Shown here piece after piece: positions 53,125 through 64,000 of a stretch of 64,000 nucleotides of DNA. The notes below the pieces were generated by a model that saw only the letters and a program-made list of their open reading frames with translations, made no database searches and was not told the origin of the DNA. The translations under genes were made by a program, and so were the position numbers. How positions within the stretch are numbered: position 1 is the stretch's first letter; every line of letters starts with the position of its first letter. Source of the DNA: Eledone cirrhosa (lineage: Eukaryota); contig OZ024741.1 of the NCBI GenBank assembly GCA_964016885.1, positions 27,218,001 through 27,282,000 on the forward strand, in the 5' to 3' direction.

Positions 53125-53190
53125 TATTTTATTATATATATTTCAAGGGCAACCAAGGCAAATTATGGTGTGCTTTCATCAGATAAAATA
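53125..53190 (-). ncRNA. Type I hammerhead ribozyme (same type as 5463-5526)
   Basis: Minus strand TATTTTAT-CTGATGA-AAGCACACCA(TAATTTGCCT)TGGTTGCCCTT-GAAA-T-ATAT-A-TA-ATAAAATA; 8-bp helix I, bulged helix II, palindromic loop III. Confidence 0.75.
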
Positions 53191-53305
53191 CAGATTTGTT
53201 TTATAAATAAATATTGACATACCCGGAAAAAAAGACAACCTTAACAGTTGGAGCTTCCTGGATATTTTAAAGCTTGTTGAATCCCAACAAATTAAATATA
53301 ACCTC

Positions 53306-53388
<83 letters not shown>

Positions 53389-53389
53389 A

Positions 53390-53553
53390 TAGTTGGTGTT
53401 AGGAAGGGCATCCAACTGTAAAACCCCAGGCCAAATTTACAGTCTTGTCAGAGAAAGGTACAGTGTGGCCAATCCTGGTCAGACTTGTCTCTCAATGTGG
53501 ACAATCCATCTGACCCATGTAAGCATGGAAAAATGGATGTTAAATGGTGAGGA

Positions 53554-53557
<4 letters not shown>
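53390..53557 (+). mobile_element. RTE-type 3' end fragment
   Basis: GTTGGTGTTAGGAAGGGCATCC...CCCATG...GGATGTTAAA plus GAT tail; a similar fragment lies at 54870-55032. Confidence 0.75.
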
Positions 53558-53635
<78 letters not shown>

Positions 53636-53978
53636 GTGTGTGTGTGTGTGTGTATATATTATTTGTTTAATTAATATACTATCTTATCTAACCTCTTTGC
53701 TTTCACTTTAATAATAATATAAATACTTAAATATAATTACTGGGGATGTTTCATTCTATTTGGGGCCATAATTTTGATAATTTTATAAGATAAATATATA
53801 TTAGGCATTGAACATAAAAGCATATAAATTCAACTATCTGTATACTTCAGCTAGCACTTAATTTTATGTTAAATTCATTGTATTGTAATAATCTATAGGT
53901 AGTCTCCCACATTTATATATTGTATATGATACTGATACATTATTAACAATATATATATTATTAACAATATATATATAA

Positions 53979-54172
53979 GGGCGGTGGATTGGCAGTATCG
54001 GTAGAGGGTCGGACGCCATGATTTGCAGCATAGAGTTACGGCCCTTTATGATCTGAGTTCAAATCTCGCCAAGGTTAACTTTGCCTTTCATCCTTACAGG
54101 GTCGATAAAATAAAGTACCAGTAATACACTGGGATAATTGCTGGCCTTGTGCCAAAAGTAGAAACAATTATT
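53979..54172 (+). mobile_element. tRNA-type SINE, full length, with target-site duplication
   Basis: Pol III A box TGGCAGTATCGG and B box GAGTTCAAATC; TTATTAACAATATATAT on both sides. Confidence 0.88.
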
Positions 54173-55187
54173 AACAATATATATTAATTTATCCAATATA
54201 ACATTATCTTATCTCATCTTAAGTTGGAACTTAATAAATTATATTTTATTGTAATGTATTAATTTTCTTAAAAACCTCACACACATATATCTCATTGCCA
54301 CATATAAAATAGATATTCTAAAGATAAGTGTAATTGTTTAACATGTTATTTCAAATATATGTACTTAGCAATAATATTTAGATAATGCAAAATTAAGAGT
54401 TTACTTTGTAACTATGATGCTGGTTCAAATCATATAATTATCCCCCTTTCACCTCTGAAATAATATTCTGTAAATATTTATTTATTTTTATATCAATATA
54501 TTCTTCTTACATCTTGTTAAATATTATTGCTTATTTAATAATTAGTATAGTATGTATAACATTTCTGTAACAACTTAAACATTAAAATATATATATATAT
54601 TCACTCCGTTTAATTTCATGGTTCCTGATATAATCTTAGGTCTGCAGTAAATATCTTTCAACTTAAACTGTTAAATTCGATGCATTATTCTTACAAACTA
54701 TGACTACTGATTTGATAAAACTGTATAGTTTCCCTTTCATTTTTGGAAAGTTACTGCTCTTTCAAATAACTTTTAAGTATTTTATATACAACTGACACCC
54801 TGTTATTTGACCTATGACTTAATTAAATAAATTATATATATTATCTATTACTTGACTGATTTGTATTGATATTGGCATTAGGAAGGGCATCCAGTCATAG
54901 AAAACCAGCCAGAAACACCCCTATATGAGTGAGACACACAGTCACCTGACACTACTTGCCTCAAAATAGGACCTGTCTAATCCATGCTAGTGTGGAAGAT
55001 GGACGTTAATTGATGATGATGATGATGATGATTTCATTAATCGTTTTGAATTACAATTAAATTATGATGACCCCTATTAAATAATTTGCTGTCTGTGGTA
55101 TATTACTGTGGAAAGAAACAATTGTCAATGATTAAATGTCTTGAATTTTAAATTTTTGGTTTATAAGCACATTGTAACTATATATAT

Positions 55188-55400
55188 ATCATCATCATTT
55201 TACATCCACTTTTCCCTGCTTGCAAGGGTGGGATGGGAACTGATTTTGGCTTGATTTCTACAGCTGGATGCCCTTCCTAACACCAACCTCGTTTACAGTA
55301 AGAGCTGGGTGCTTTTTTTCCGTGGCGCCTACACGTCCACTTTACAGTGTGGGCTGGGTGCTTTTTTGCCGTGGCACCTCCATGACCACTTTGCAGTGGA
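55188..55400 (-). mobile_element. RTE 3' UTR fragment, internally deleted
   Basis: Inverted homolog of about 51750-51905, with a (CAT)n end. Confidence 0.85.
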
Positions 55401-55472
55401 ATGATAGAGACCCCAGTCCTATCATCTCATTTCTACAGCTGAGTAAACTGGAGAAATGTGAAAGTGTCTTGC

Positions 55473-55518
<46 letters not shown>

Positions 55519-55570
55519 GTGTGTAAAACAACCAAAGTTTAGATGAGGATTTTTATTAAAACATTTACTG

Positions 55571-55640
55571 GACTTATGAATGTTTCTCTAGACTAACAGG
55601 AATTAAAAGTACATTCCAGAAAGAATAGCTCATCAGAGTC
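55571..55640 (-). ncRNA. Decayed type I hammerhead motif
   Basis: Minus strand GACT-CTGATGA-GCTA...GGAAT...ATTCC...TAGA-GAAA-C-ATTC-A-TA-AGTC; mismatches at the base of helices II and III. Confidence 0.5.
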
Positions 55641-56511
55641 AATGAAATACAAATAAATTACCTAACATGTTTAAATATAAAAGGGAAAACATTAAAATTA
55701 TGGAAACCTAAAATATTAATTAGAATTTATAAATGTTATAATATTTATGTTCAGTAACTATAGATATTTCACTAACTATAATATATCATTATAAAATAGA
55801 TAACATCCACTAAAATAGAATTAGATATATATTAATGAGAATTAAAGTTTATTATCACTTCGTAAGTAAAGTTATGAGAAAAATACTTTTAGAATATATT
55901 TTTTTAAATTATGGAACCATAAAATAGTAATTAAATAAATATTTAGTGACATATTAAATTTTACTGACTTAATTATATCAATACAAAAGAGATAATCTAC
56001 ATTAAAAATAACACTGGAAATATTACCTATATGGGGGTTATAATTATATGATAAATAGGAGAGCAAAAGGAAAACTTTTTGAACTTGTGTGTGTGTTTGC
56101 ATGTGAATTAAAAGTTAGGGTCCATTAAAATTGTATGCATGGCATGGTCCCGTAACTCCTGAGGGAGTCATAGGGGCGGCGTATTGACATATGGCATTTC
56201 TCGGAGCCCATTTCTTCTCCATATCTGAATACAACAGATTTCTTCCAAAGAAAGATAGAGAGAGTGAGAGAATGGATATGAGAAAGTGCTATAGAGGAAG
56301 AATCAATCCCAGTTCTAGATTGCTACTTTTTTTAATCAACCTTGAATGGATGAAAGACAAAGTTGACCTTGGTGGGATTTGAACTCAGAGAACAGAGAGC
56401 CAAAACAAATACTACAAAGCTTTCTATCCAACATTTTAACAGCTCCAACAATTCACTGCCTATTAAAATTAGTAATCTAAAAAGGGGGTAACAAATTAAT
56501 TTTTCAAGATA

Positions 56512-56966
56512 GTTGGATGGATACATTGAAGCTCCGACGTCTGGCAACTGACTTGGTAAACACCCACAAAATTGTTAACCATCTTGCCAACAACAACTCT
56601 GAGTACCTTTTTGATTTCCATGTGTCTAACACATGTGGACATGCCAACAAAGTCAGAAAACAGCACAGCTCCCATGACTTTCGGAAACATTTTTTCACGC
56701 TCAGAGTTGCTGAAGCATGGAACAAACTACCTGCGTCAGTTGTTAGCTGTCGAGACACTGCATCCTTTAAAACCTCCATGCTTCCTGAGATTCGCCAACA
56801 CTACACCTAATATTCCTCCTCCATACACATACACACATGTATATCATGACTCATACACTATTCACTTCCCTGACATTTGTATATTATTCTATGTACTATA
56901 CATGCACCTTTGATGAGTTGTAGTGCACCTGAGGACTGTACACAATAATTTCATTATTATTATTAT
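56512..56966 (+). mobile_element. CR1-clade LINE 3' end
   Basis: MDTLKLRRLATDL...TCGHANK...RKHFFTLRVAEAWNKLPASVV; (ATT)n tail. Confidence 0.9.
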
Positions 56967-57639
56967 ATAATTGTAGGGTATATGATACAAATTTTCTAAA
57001 TGTTAATAAAAATACTTAGACAAGGGTGTAATGGGTATGATTAATTTGGCTCAAAGTTTTTGTAAAAGAAAGAATAAAATGTTGTATGTGGACAGGAAGG
57101 GAGGGATTATTTTTAGAATTGAGAAGTCTCAACACATAAGAGCACTTACATAGAAACAACTACAAACAATTTCAAAACACAATTTTATTCACATTTAAAT
57201 TCTTTTAAGAATGAAAAATTCTTTTTAATTTACTTCCGTAGCTAAATTGATCTGGTGTTTAAAAATTGATAACATTAGATACACTCCAAAGTGGATATTA
57301 AAACCATATGGCGGAAATGCAATCTTTGTATCACTGAAGCCTTAGAAATAATCTCTTCAAAAATGTTGCTACTGATTGAAAGATCAGATAACCCTTCCTT
57401 TTTACAAGAATTTTGACACAGATTAATTATACCCATTGTACTCACATTGAAATATGTTATTAACACTTAACATTTTGAATTATATAACCTTTATACCCTA
57501 CAAATATTTTAACCGTTTTATGACCACATTTCTAATAAAATACACTCTATTTCATTACAATTAATGAAGAATTTTGAGGGATTTACTAAAATTATTGATT
57601 ATTTCATTACCAACATAGTAACTTAATGTGTGTGTGTGT

Positions 57640-60097
57640 ATCATCATCATCATCATCATCAACGTTTAACGTCCGTGTTCCACGCTTGCATGGGTTTGGA
57701 CGGGGGTAGTCCCACTTGAGGCAAGAGTGATTGTCTTGCTCGCATAGGACTGTCTGGCAGGTTTTCTACAGTTGGATGCCCTTCCTAACACCAACCACAT
57801 TTACAGTGTGGGTCTGGGAGGTTTTTACCGTGTTGCCTACACGGCCACATTACAGCGTGGACTGTGTGTTTTTTTGTCGTGACACCTACACGATCTCATT
57901 TGTTTCGGCCTCGATGGCGCGGCACCAACATAACTTTACATAGAACGGGGTGGTGTGGATCGGGTGGGGGTGGGGGTGGTGGGACGGGGTGTATTTTGTT
58001 AGAGATGCCTACTGGCTGGAGTAGGTTTTACTATATATTTAGGTAAGGCGGGTCTTCTCTGTTACTGAGTACCGCCAAAGGTCTCGGTCCAGTGACATTG
58101 TCTTGGAGAGGTGTAAGTGTGTGATGTCGGAGTTTATCAGCTCGTCCCAGGTTTTTCTAGGTCTGCCTATTCCGTGACTACCGTCTATCTTTATTGCCCT
58201 GCACTTTGTTATACAGCTATCGACTTTCATGCGCATCACGTGTCCATACCAACGTAGCCTTCTCTCGAGTAAACAACATCTGATCCCTCTTATCTCTAAT
58301 TTATTCCTTAGTTCGTTTATGCTTTGCCGTTCACGTATATTACTGTTACACATCCAGCGGAGCATGCAAGCTTCGTTCCTCTCTAGTCTGCGTATATCCT
58401 CTGCACACAATGCCCAGGTCTCACTGCCATGCAGCATTGCTGTTCGTATGCAGGCATCGTACAACCTGCCTTTCATTTTTAGTGAGAACCCTTTAGCAGC
58501 TAATAGTGGTATAAGCTCTCTGAACTTTTTCCAACCAGTTCTGACTCTAGCTACAGTACTTTCAGAGCACCCTCCCCCACTGCTGATTTTATCGCCCAGG
58601 TAACGGAAGCTGTCCACTATTTCTATAGAACCCTCTGCGCAATTGAAAGAGCTAGTAGTTTGTGGGCACTTGCTGCTACTTATTGCACCAGAGCACCGGC
58701 CACATGTAAAATCTATGTTCTTAGTTAGCTTACCTGTGATCCCACTACATCTTTTATGCACCCATACTTTGCATTTAGGACATAAAATGGAGTTTCTACC
58801 TACGCCTTTCCTACACACCGAGCACGACCATTTCCCCGAAGGGACCGCCGCCTTGTTTTCTTTCCTACAAACTAGTACTTTGGTCTTAGCCAGGTTAATT
58901 TTAAGTCCTTTTGACTCTAGGCCGTGCTTCCATGTTTGGAATTTCTTCTCTAGCTCGGCCATTGATTCCGCTATGAGTGTCAGGTCATCTGCGTATAGGA
59001 GTTCCCATGGGCAGCCTGTCTTGAACTCCTCTGTTATAGCCTGAAGGGCAATAATAAATAGTAGTGGACTGAGAACAGAGCCCTGATGGACGCCGACTTT
59101 TACGCTAAACTCTTCACTATATTCGTTGTTAATTCTAACCTTGCTGACTGTTTCTTTATACATGGCTTGTATAGCCCTCACAAGCCATTCGTCAACGCCT
59201 AGTTTTCTAAGAGCCCACCAGATAATGGAGCGGGGGACTCTGTCGAAGGCTTTCTCCAAGTCGACAAAAGCTAAGTAGAGGGGTTTACCTTTAGCTAGGT
59301 ACTTCTCCTGTAGTTGTCGTACTATGAAAAGAGCGTCTGTGGTACTTTTGCCTGACACAAACCCGAACTGCATTTCATCTAGGTCAATTCTCTCTCTGAT
59401 TAGTTGCGCTATTACTCTTTCCGTGACCTTCATGACCTGGTCGATTAATTTAATGCCTCTATAGTTACTCCTATCTAGGGCGTCTCCTTTACCCTTATAA
59501 CAGTTAACGATGATGCTGCTATGCCAGTCCTTCGGAACAACCCCGTTCTGTACGACTTGGTTAACTATGCGGGTGACCATGGTGTGTCCCACCGTGCCAG
59601 ATGCCTTCAGCATCTCAGCAACTATTTCCGAAGGCCCAGCCGCCTTACCAGTCTTCATATCCTTGATTGCCTTACTTATTATACTCCCCTCGACTAACAC
59701 TGCTGGTCCCTCTATTGGGTCGATATGGGGGAGACTGCCTTTCTCCCAATTATTCTCCTCATTTAGAAGCCTTTCATAGTGACACTTCCAAGCTACCTTC
59801 TTATCAGCGTCGGTGATGGCAAGTGTGCCATCGTCGTTTAGTACACACTTCTCCCCGACAATATCACGGTTTTCCTTGACGCATTGCCTAGCAATCCTGA
59901 ACACCTCACGTTTTTGGTCATCGCGTTGTAGAACATGCTTGAACTTTCTTTCCTCAGCTTCCCTTCTTGCTAAGTACACTTGTCTCCTAGCTTCCCTCCT
60001 GGCCACTTGATAGTCCTCTCTACTTCCCCCATCCCGCCATACTTTCCAAGCCTGCTTTTTGGCCTTAATTGACCCCTCCACCTTACTGTTCCACCAC
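57640..60097 (-). mobile_element. Young 5'-truncated RTE LINE (copy C)
   Basis: Uninterrupted ORF from WWNSKVE to the stop at 58039; near-identical to copy A; (CAT)n at 57640. Confidence 0.95.
58039..60097 (-). CDS. RTE ORF (linker, RT and PHD; endonuclease missing)
   Basis: Same RT motifs as copy A. The first residues of the listed 699-aa ORF come from flanking DNA. Confidence 0.9.
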
Positions 60098-60490
60098 ATA
60101 TATATATAATAATAATAAATGTGAAGACTAACATCCAAAGAGGGCTCAATAAGGATAAATATATATAAAATATATAAGAAGCCTAGAGCAAATATTTATT
60201 GAAATAACAGATTAAAGTTTAAGCAAAGAATTGCTGCTTTCACCCTTAACGGGATCTTCTAAAACTAAAAAAAAAACAATCTGTGAACACAGAAGACGCA
60301 GAAGGAAAACAGAAAGACGATACTTTGGTTCATGAAGATGTTCCCTGGCAATGAACGGAAAAAAGCGAAGATAATACGTCGTTATGTAGAGCGATGAGAA
60401 CTAATACATGCAAAGACAAAACCACGTTTATGGTATAAATGGAGTCGTAGACTAATATTCTATATATATGGGCATGTATATATATGTGTG

Positions 60491-60531
<41 letters not shown>

Positions 60532-60668
60532 ATGTATATATATATGTATATGTATAAGTATGTGTATATATATATGAAGCTAACTTATTGGTTTAATATT
60601 GTTCCTACTATTCATAATGTCATTCTTGAGAATTATAATAAATATTTTGTTTTTTCTTGTTTTACTAG

Positions 60669-60870
60669 GATGTTATGTTATCAGCGACGAGTACCCAGTC
60701 GCCGTTGGCAACAGTGTCTTCTGTGTTCACCATGCCAACAGTTTCCAACGTGTCTGTGGCCAATAACAGTGGCATGGGAGGTCTGCCTGATCAGCTGTTC
60801 ACGTCGGTACCCTCCGTAGGGGAGAACACTACCACACAGACTGTTACCGATATTAAAACTGAAATGAATG
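60669..60870 (+). CDS. Internal coding exon of an unidentified host gene (Ser/Thr-rich)
   Basis: Polypyrimidine tract and TAG acceptor at 60668; donor G|GTAGGT at 60871; 202-bp open frame DVMLSATSTQSP...DIKTEMN; GC-richer than flanks and non-repetitive. Confidence 0.75.
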
Positions 60871-60914
60871 GTAGGTGAAGCTTTGTCTAAGTTCTTGTTG
60901 TCGTTGTTTTTCTT

Positions 60915-61350
60915 GTGGTTATTATAACCAGTAGAGTGTCGGACAATATGCTTTACAGCATAAAGTTACGACCCTTTACGTTTCTGAGTTCAAATCCCAC
61001 CATAGTTAGTTTTGCCTTTCATCCTTACAAGTCAATAAAATAAAGTACCAGTAATGCATTAGGGTCGATTTAATCAACTTCCCCCAAAAAACATTTCTGG
61101 CCTTGTGCCTATACTAGAAAGCATTAATCCCGCCGAGGTTAACTTTGCCTTTCATCCTTACGGGGTCGATAAAATAAAGTACCAGTAATGTACTGGGTAA
61201 TTGCTGGCCTTGTGCCTAAAATAGAAACAATTATTTTTGTACAATAGCAAGTGTGGTGGATTGGCAGCATCGGTAGAGCATCGGACAACATACTTTGTGG
61301 CATTAAGTTATGATTTTCTACATTCTGTGTTTAAATCCTGCTGGGATCAA
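60915..61350 (+). mobile_element. Tandem cluster of SINE copies and fragments
   Basis: B box GAGTTCAAATC near 60986; two 3' bodies; a new head GTGGATTGGCAGCATCGG near 61256. Confidence 0.8.
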
Positions 61351-61379
61351 TCTTACAATTGCAGAGGAACTTGAAAAGA

Positions 61380-63138
61380 AAAATCAATGAGAGCTTGACC
61401 GAAGAGGAAAGTGTCTTCAGTCCTCTCAATATTGTTCACAAAATAAAGAAATTCATCCAACCCTTCCAGGTTAAATAAAGGTGTAGGGGTGATCTTCATA
61501 ATGGACTCAGCCATTCAACATAACTCCACAGGTCAATGATGTCCAGATACTGAATAAGTGTATCTTGAATGGATTTGTTGCCCTACAACATTTCTGACAG
61601 GCCTGTCTGACAACACCAACACACTTGCAGAGTTTATCTAAAACTGGTAGCACTCCTCTCAGGACCACAGTAGCACTGCCAGGCCAGAGAATTATGGAAA
61701 TTATTCATAGAAGCCCCTGGCCCAAAATTCCTCCAAAACAGAGCAGCCATTTCACTTTTGTTGAGGCCCAGAGCCTCCCTGAGGATATTATGGTTCTTAC
61801 CTGCCACTAGTCCTCTATAAACTACCTGACTGGAACCTTCAGCGATTACATTGGCCAACTGGTAGAGAGTGGTAAGTGCTTACTAACATTTCAAATGACA
61901 TGGGCCAGGCACCCAATTTTGGTCATTATTTGGTAGGATTTGCAGCTAGGTTCAAGACACAAATTGTGGGAAAATGAGCAATATAAATGAAAACCATACA
62001 CATTCACCATGAAGGAATCTCTGCAATTGCTGCAGACTCAGTGCATCAGCAGTCATGACAAGCCGCATCTTCCATGCAGAGAATGTTGGCAGTCGATGGA
62101 TCTTTTAACTATTAGAACTCACTCCTTCTACAAGAGGTGGAAGAGTAGATGCTCCAGTCTGGTCAGTGAAGGACCAGGGCAAGGTACAACAGTCAGGCAG
62201 TTGACAATGATATGATGTGTAAGCATTTGTCACTTCTGCCTGACCATAGCTTCCTCTCTACACATTTCTGGGTGTGACTAACCATCTTGGTCATAACCTC
62301 ATTCCAATTCCTGTCCACATGGGGGTCCAGACTCCAAGCAGCTTAACAGATCCATCCATCCATTGATCTACATTGTTATCCAATGGTATGGACCTTCCTT
62401 TCCAATTGATGAGCTGCAGGCCAATTGACTTGTCCAGGTTAATCTTTGCCTTGGACACCAACTCATGACTTGAGAATGGTGCTGACCACTTCCACTGTGT
62501 CTAACACCATTATGGTGATGTCATCTGTGTAGGCTGTCACTACTCAAATGGTTCAAAGGATATGCCCTTCAACAGCTCCAGCATCTGCAATAGTGGCTCA
62601 AGTCGCAGAAATATAGAAGCTGAAAAACAAGGCACCCCTAACAGACAGTACATGATGTTGAAAGGTGCCAAGATGTAGCCCTTAACTTTGATGACTGGTC
62701 AGATGACACTGAGCCTTGCTGTGATCCAGCCTCTAAAAATGGGACCAGAACTGGCTGCTTCAAGGACAGCTGACAGGTAGTGATGGAGAACTCTGTCCCA
62801 GTTGGGGCATAGACGGCCACTTATCTAAAGGTACCTCCTTCACTACCACTCACGTCCAGCACCACCAGCTTACTCTCCAGGTCCAAGAAAATTGTCCTAA
62901 CATCAAGATCCAGAATATTCCTAAACAGTACTGCCATGCCATCTCCTGACACAGCACCAGTTGCAAACACTTCATTGTCATTGAAAATGGGGGTGAAAGG
63001 GCACATTCCTGAAATTATGGTCTCGCTCATAGCAACTACATCTATTTCTAGTGACCTGAGATCAGTCCGTAAGTGACCTTGTTTCTATGCTGAGCTCAGG
63101 CCACACACATTTATACTTGCTACTCTGATTGTAGCCAT
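61380..63138 (-). pseudogene. Decayed Tx1/L1-clade LINE ORF2 with a large internal deletion
   Basis: MATIRVASINVCGL, VVAMSET, GMAVLF, VAVYAP (APE); LEPLL, VTAYTDD, KINLDKS (RT); Cys-rich relic near 61550-61600. Confidence 0.8.
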
Positions 63139-63744
63139 GTTAGTCAAAGAAATTGTGAAAGAAAAGAGGTGAGGTCACTCATCTTAGACTTCAAGAAGAC
63201 TGATTGATCCAGCTCTCTCTTTAGATGTGAGGAACTTCTTTATGGGTGATTGTAGTGAAAATGGCAAGAATGAATGGTTCCACACTCAGCGGGAAAAATG
63301 CATTCATTACACCCTGTAAGGTGGTTGGCGATAGGGTATCTCACTGTAGAAACCATACTAAAAAAAGGGTCAACAGGATGTTTTAGTTATCTTAATGATA
63401 TGACAACCACTCTAGTGTTGGTGATATACCCAATAAATATACCCAGTACACTCTATAAAGTAATTGGGGATAGGAAGGACATCCAGCCCTACAAGGAGTT
63501 AGAAGGACTCTTCAACTGTATTAAAGTCATGGTAACCTCCCTAGTGCTAGTGCCGTGATAAAATGGACTTGGTGAAGCATGGAAATTTATGTAAGCAAGA
63601 TGTGGATTTCCAGTAGTTGGTAAAGGCTGGGAATTTTTTCAAGTGAGATGCATCTCCCCCCTTAAAAAACATCTGAGAGGTGAGTATCTCTGCTTGAGTA
63701 CTGATCTCATCTGGGACAACACATCCAATTCCTGCTAGTAGATG

Positions 63745-63965
63745 TGATGGTGGTGTTGTGATGGTGATGGTTGTGGTGGTGGTGATGGTGAGGGTGGTTG
63801 TGGTTGTTGTGGTGTTAATGGTGGTGGGAATGGTTATGGGTGGTGGTTGTGATGGTTATGGTAATAGTTATAGTGGTGGTGGTTGTGGTGATGATGTTTG
63901 TGGTGACGGTGTTTGTGGTGGTGATGATTCTACTGCTGTTGCTGTTGCTGATGATGATGATGATG
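63745..63965. repeat. (GGT/GAT)n low-complexity tract
   Basis: Degenerate trinucleotide repeat. Confidence 0.85.
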
Positions 63966-64000
63966 CTAACATTCCCATTCACCATATTCACATCTTGAGA

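Noticed and set aside
53979-54070. tRNA gene
   Set aside because: The A and B boxes belong to a multi-copy SINE head; no cloverleaf
56971-57503. DNA transposon with TTGTAGGGTATA / TATACCCTACAA ends
   Set aside because: Only 12 bp of perfect inverted match, no clear target-site duplication and no transposase
60230-60370. Hammerhead-like TGAAGA-stem-GAAA traces
   Set aside because: Core C3 absent and no helix I or helix III

Overview
AT-rich, repeat-saturated animal genomic DNA with abundant (TA)n/(GAT)n microsatellites, RTE, CR1 and Tx1/L1 LINEs, and a tRNA-type SINE. The repeat complement resembles an octopus/coleoid genome (inference). Only one host-gene exon is supportable (60669-60870, +), so most of the window is probably intronic or intergenic. 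(1) A 26.7-kb tandem array of 52/55-bp units (12019-38712, with a 200-N gap) is an amplified piece of the endonuclease coding sequence of an old RTE LINE, whose ORF runs in on the left and resumes on the right. The array has two binary variable sites and kb-scale higher-order duplications. (2) Three young RTE copies encode a C4HC3 PHD finger inserted inside the reverse transcriptase. Two are near-identical and inverted, and all carry (TA)n at their 5' junctions. (3) There is a scattered set of type I hammerhead ribozyme motifs: three with intact cores (5463-5526 -, 7623-7659 +, 53125-53190 -) and several decayed ones in direct or inverted repeats, as expected for Penelope-like pseudo-LTR or retrozyme relics. 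All alignments and folds were done by eye.
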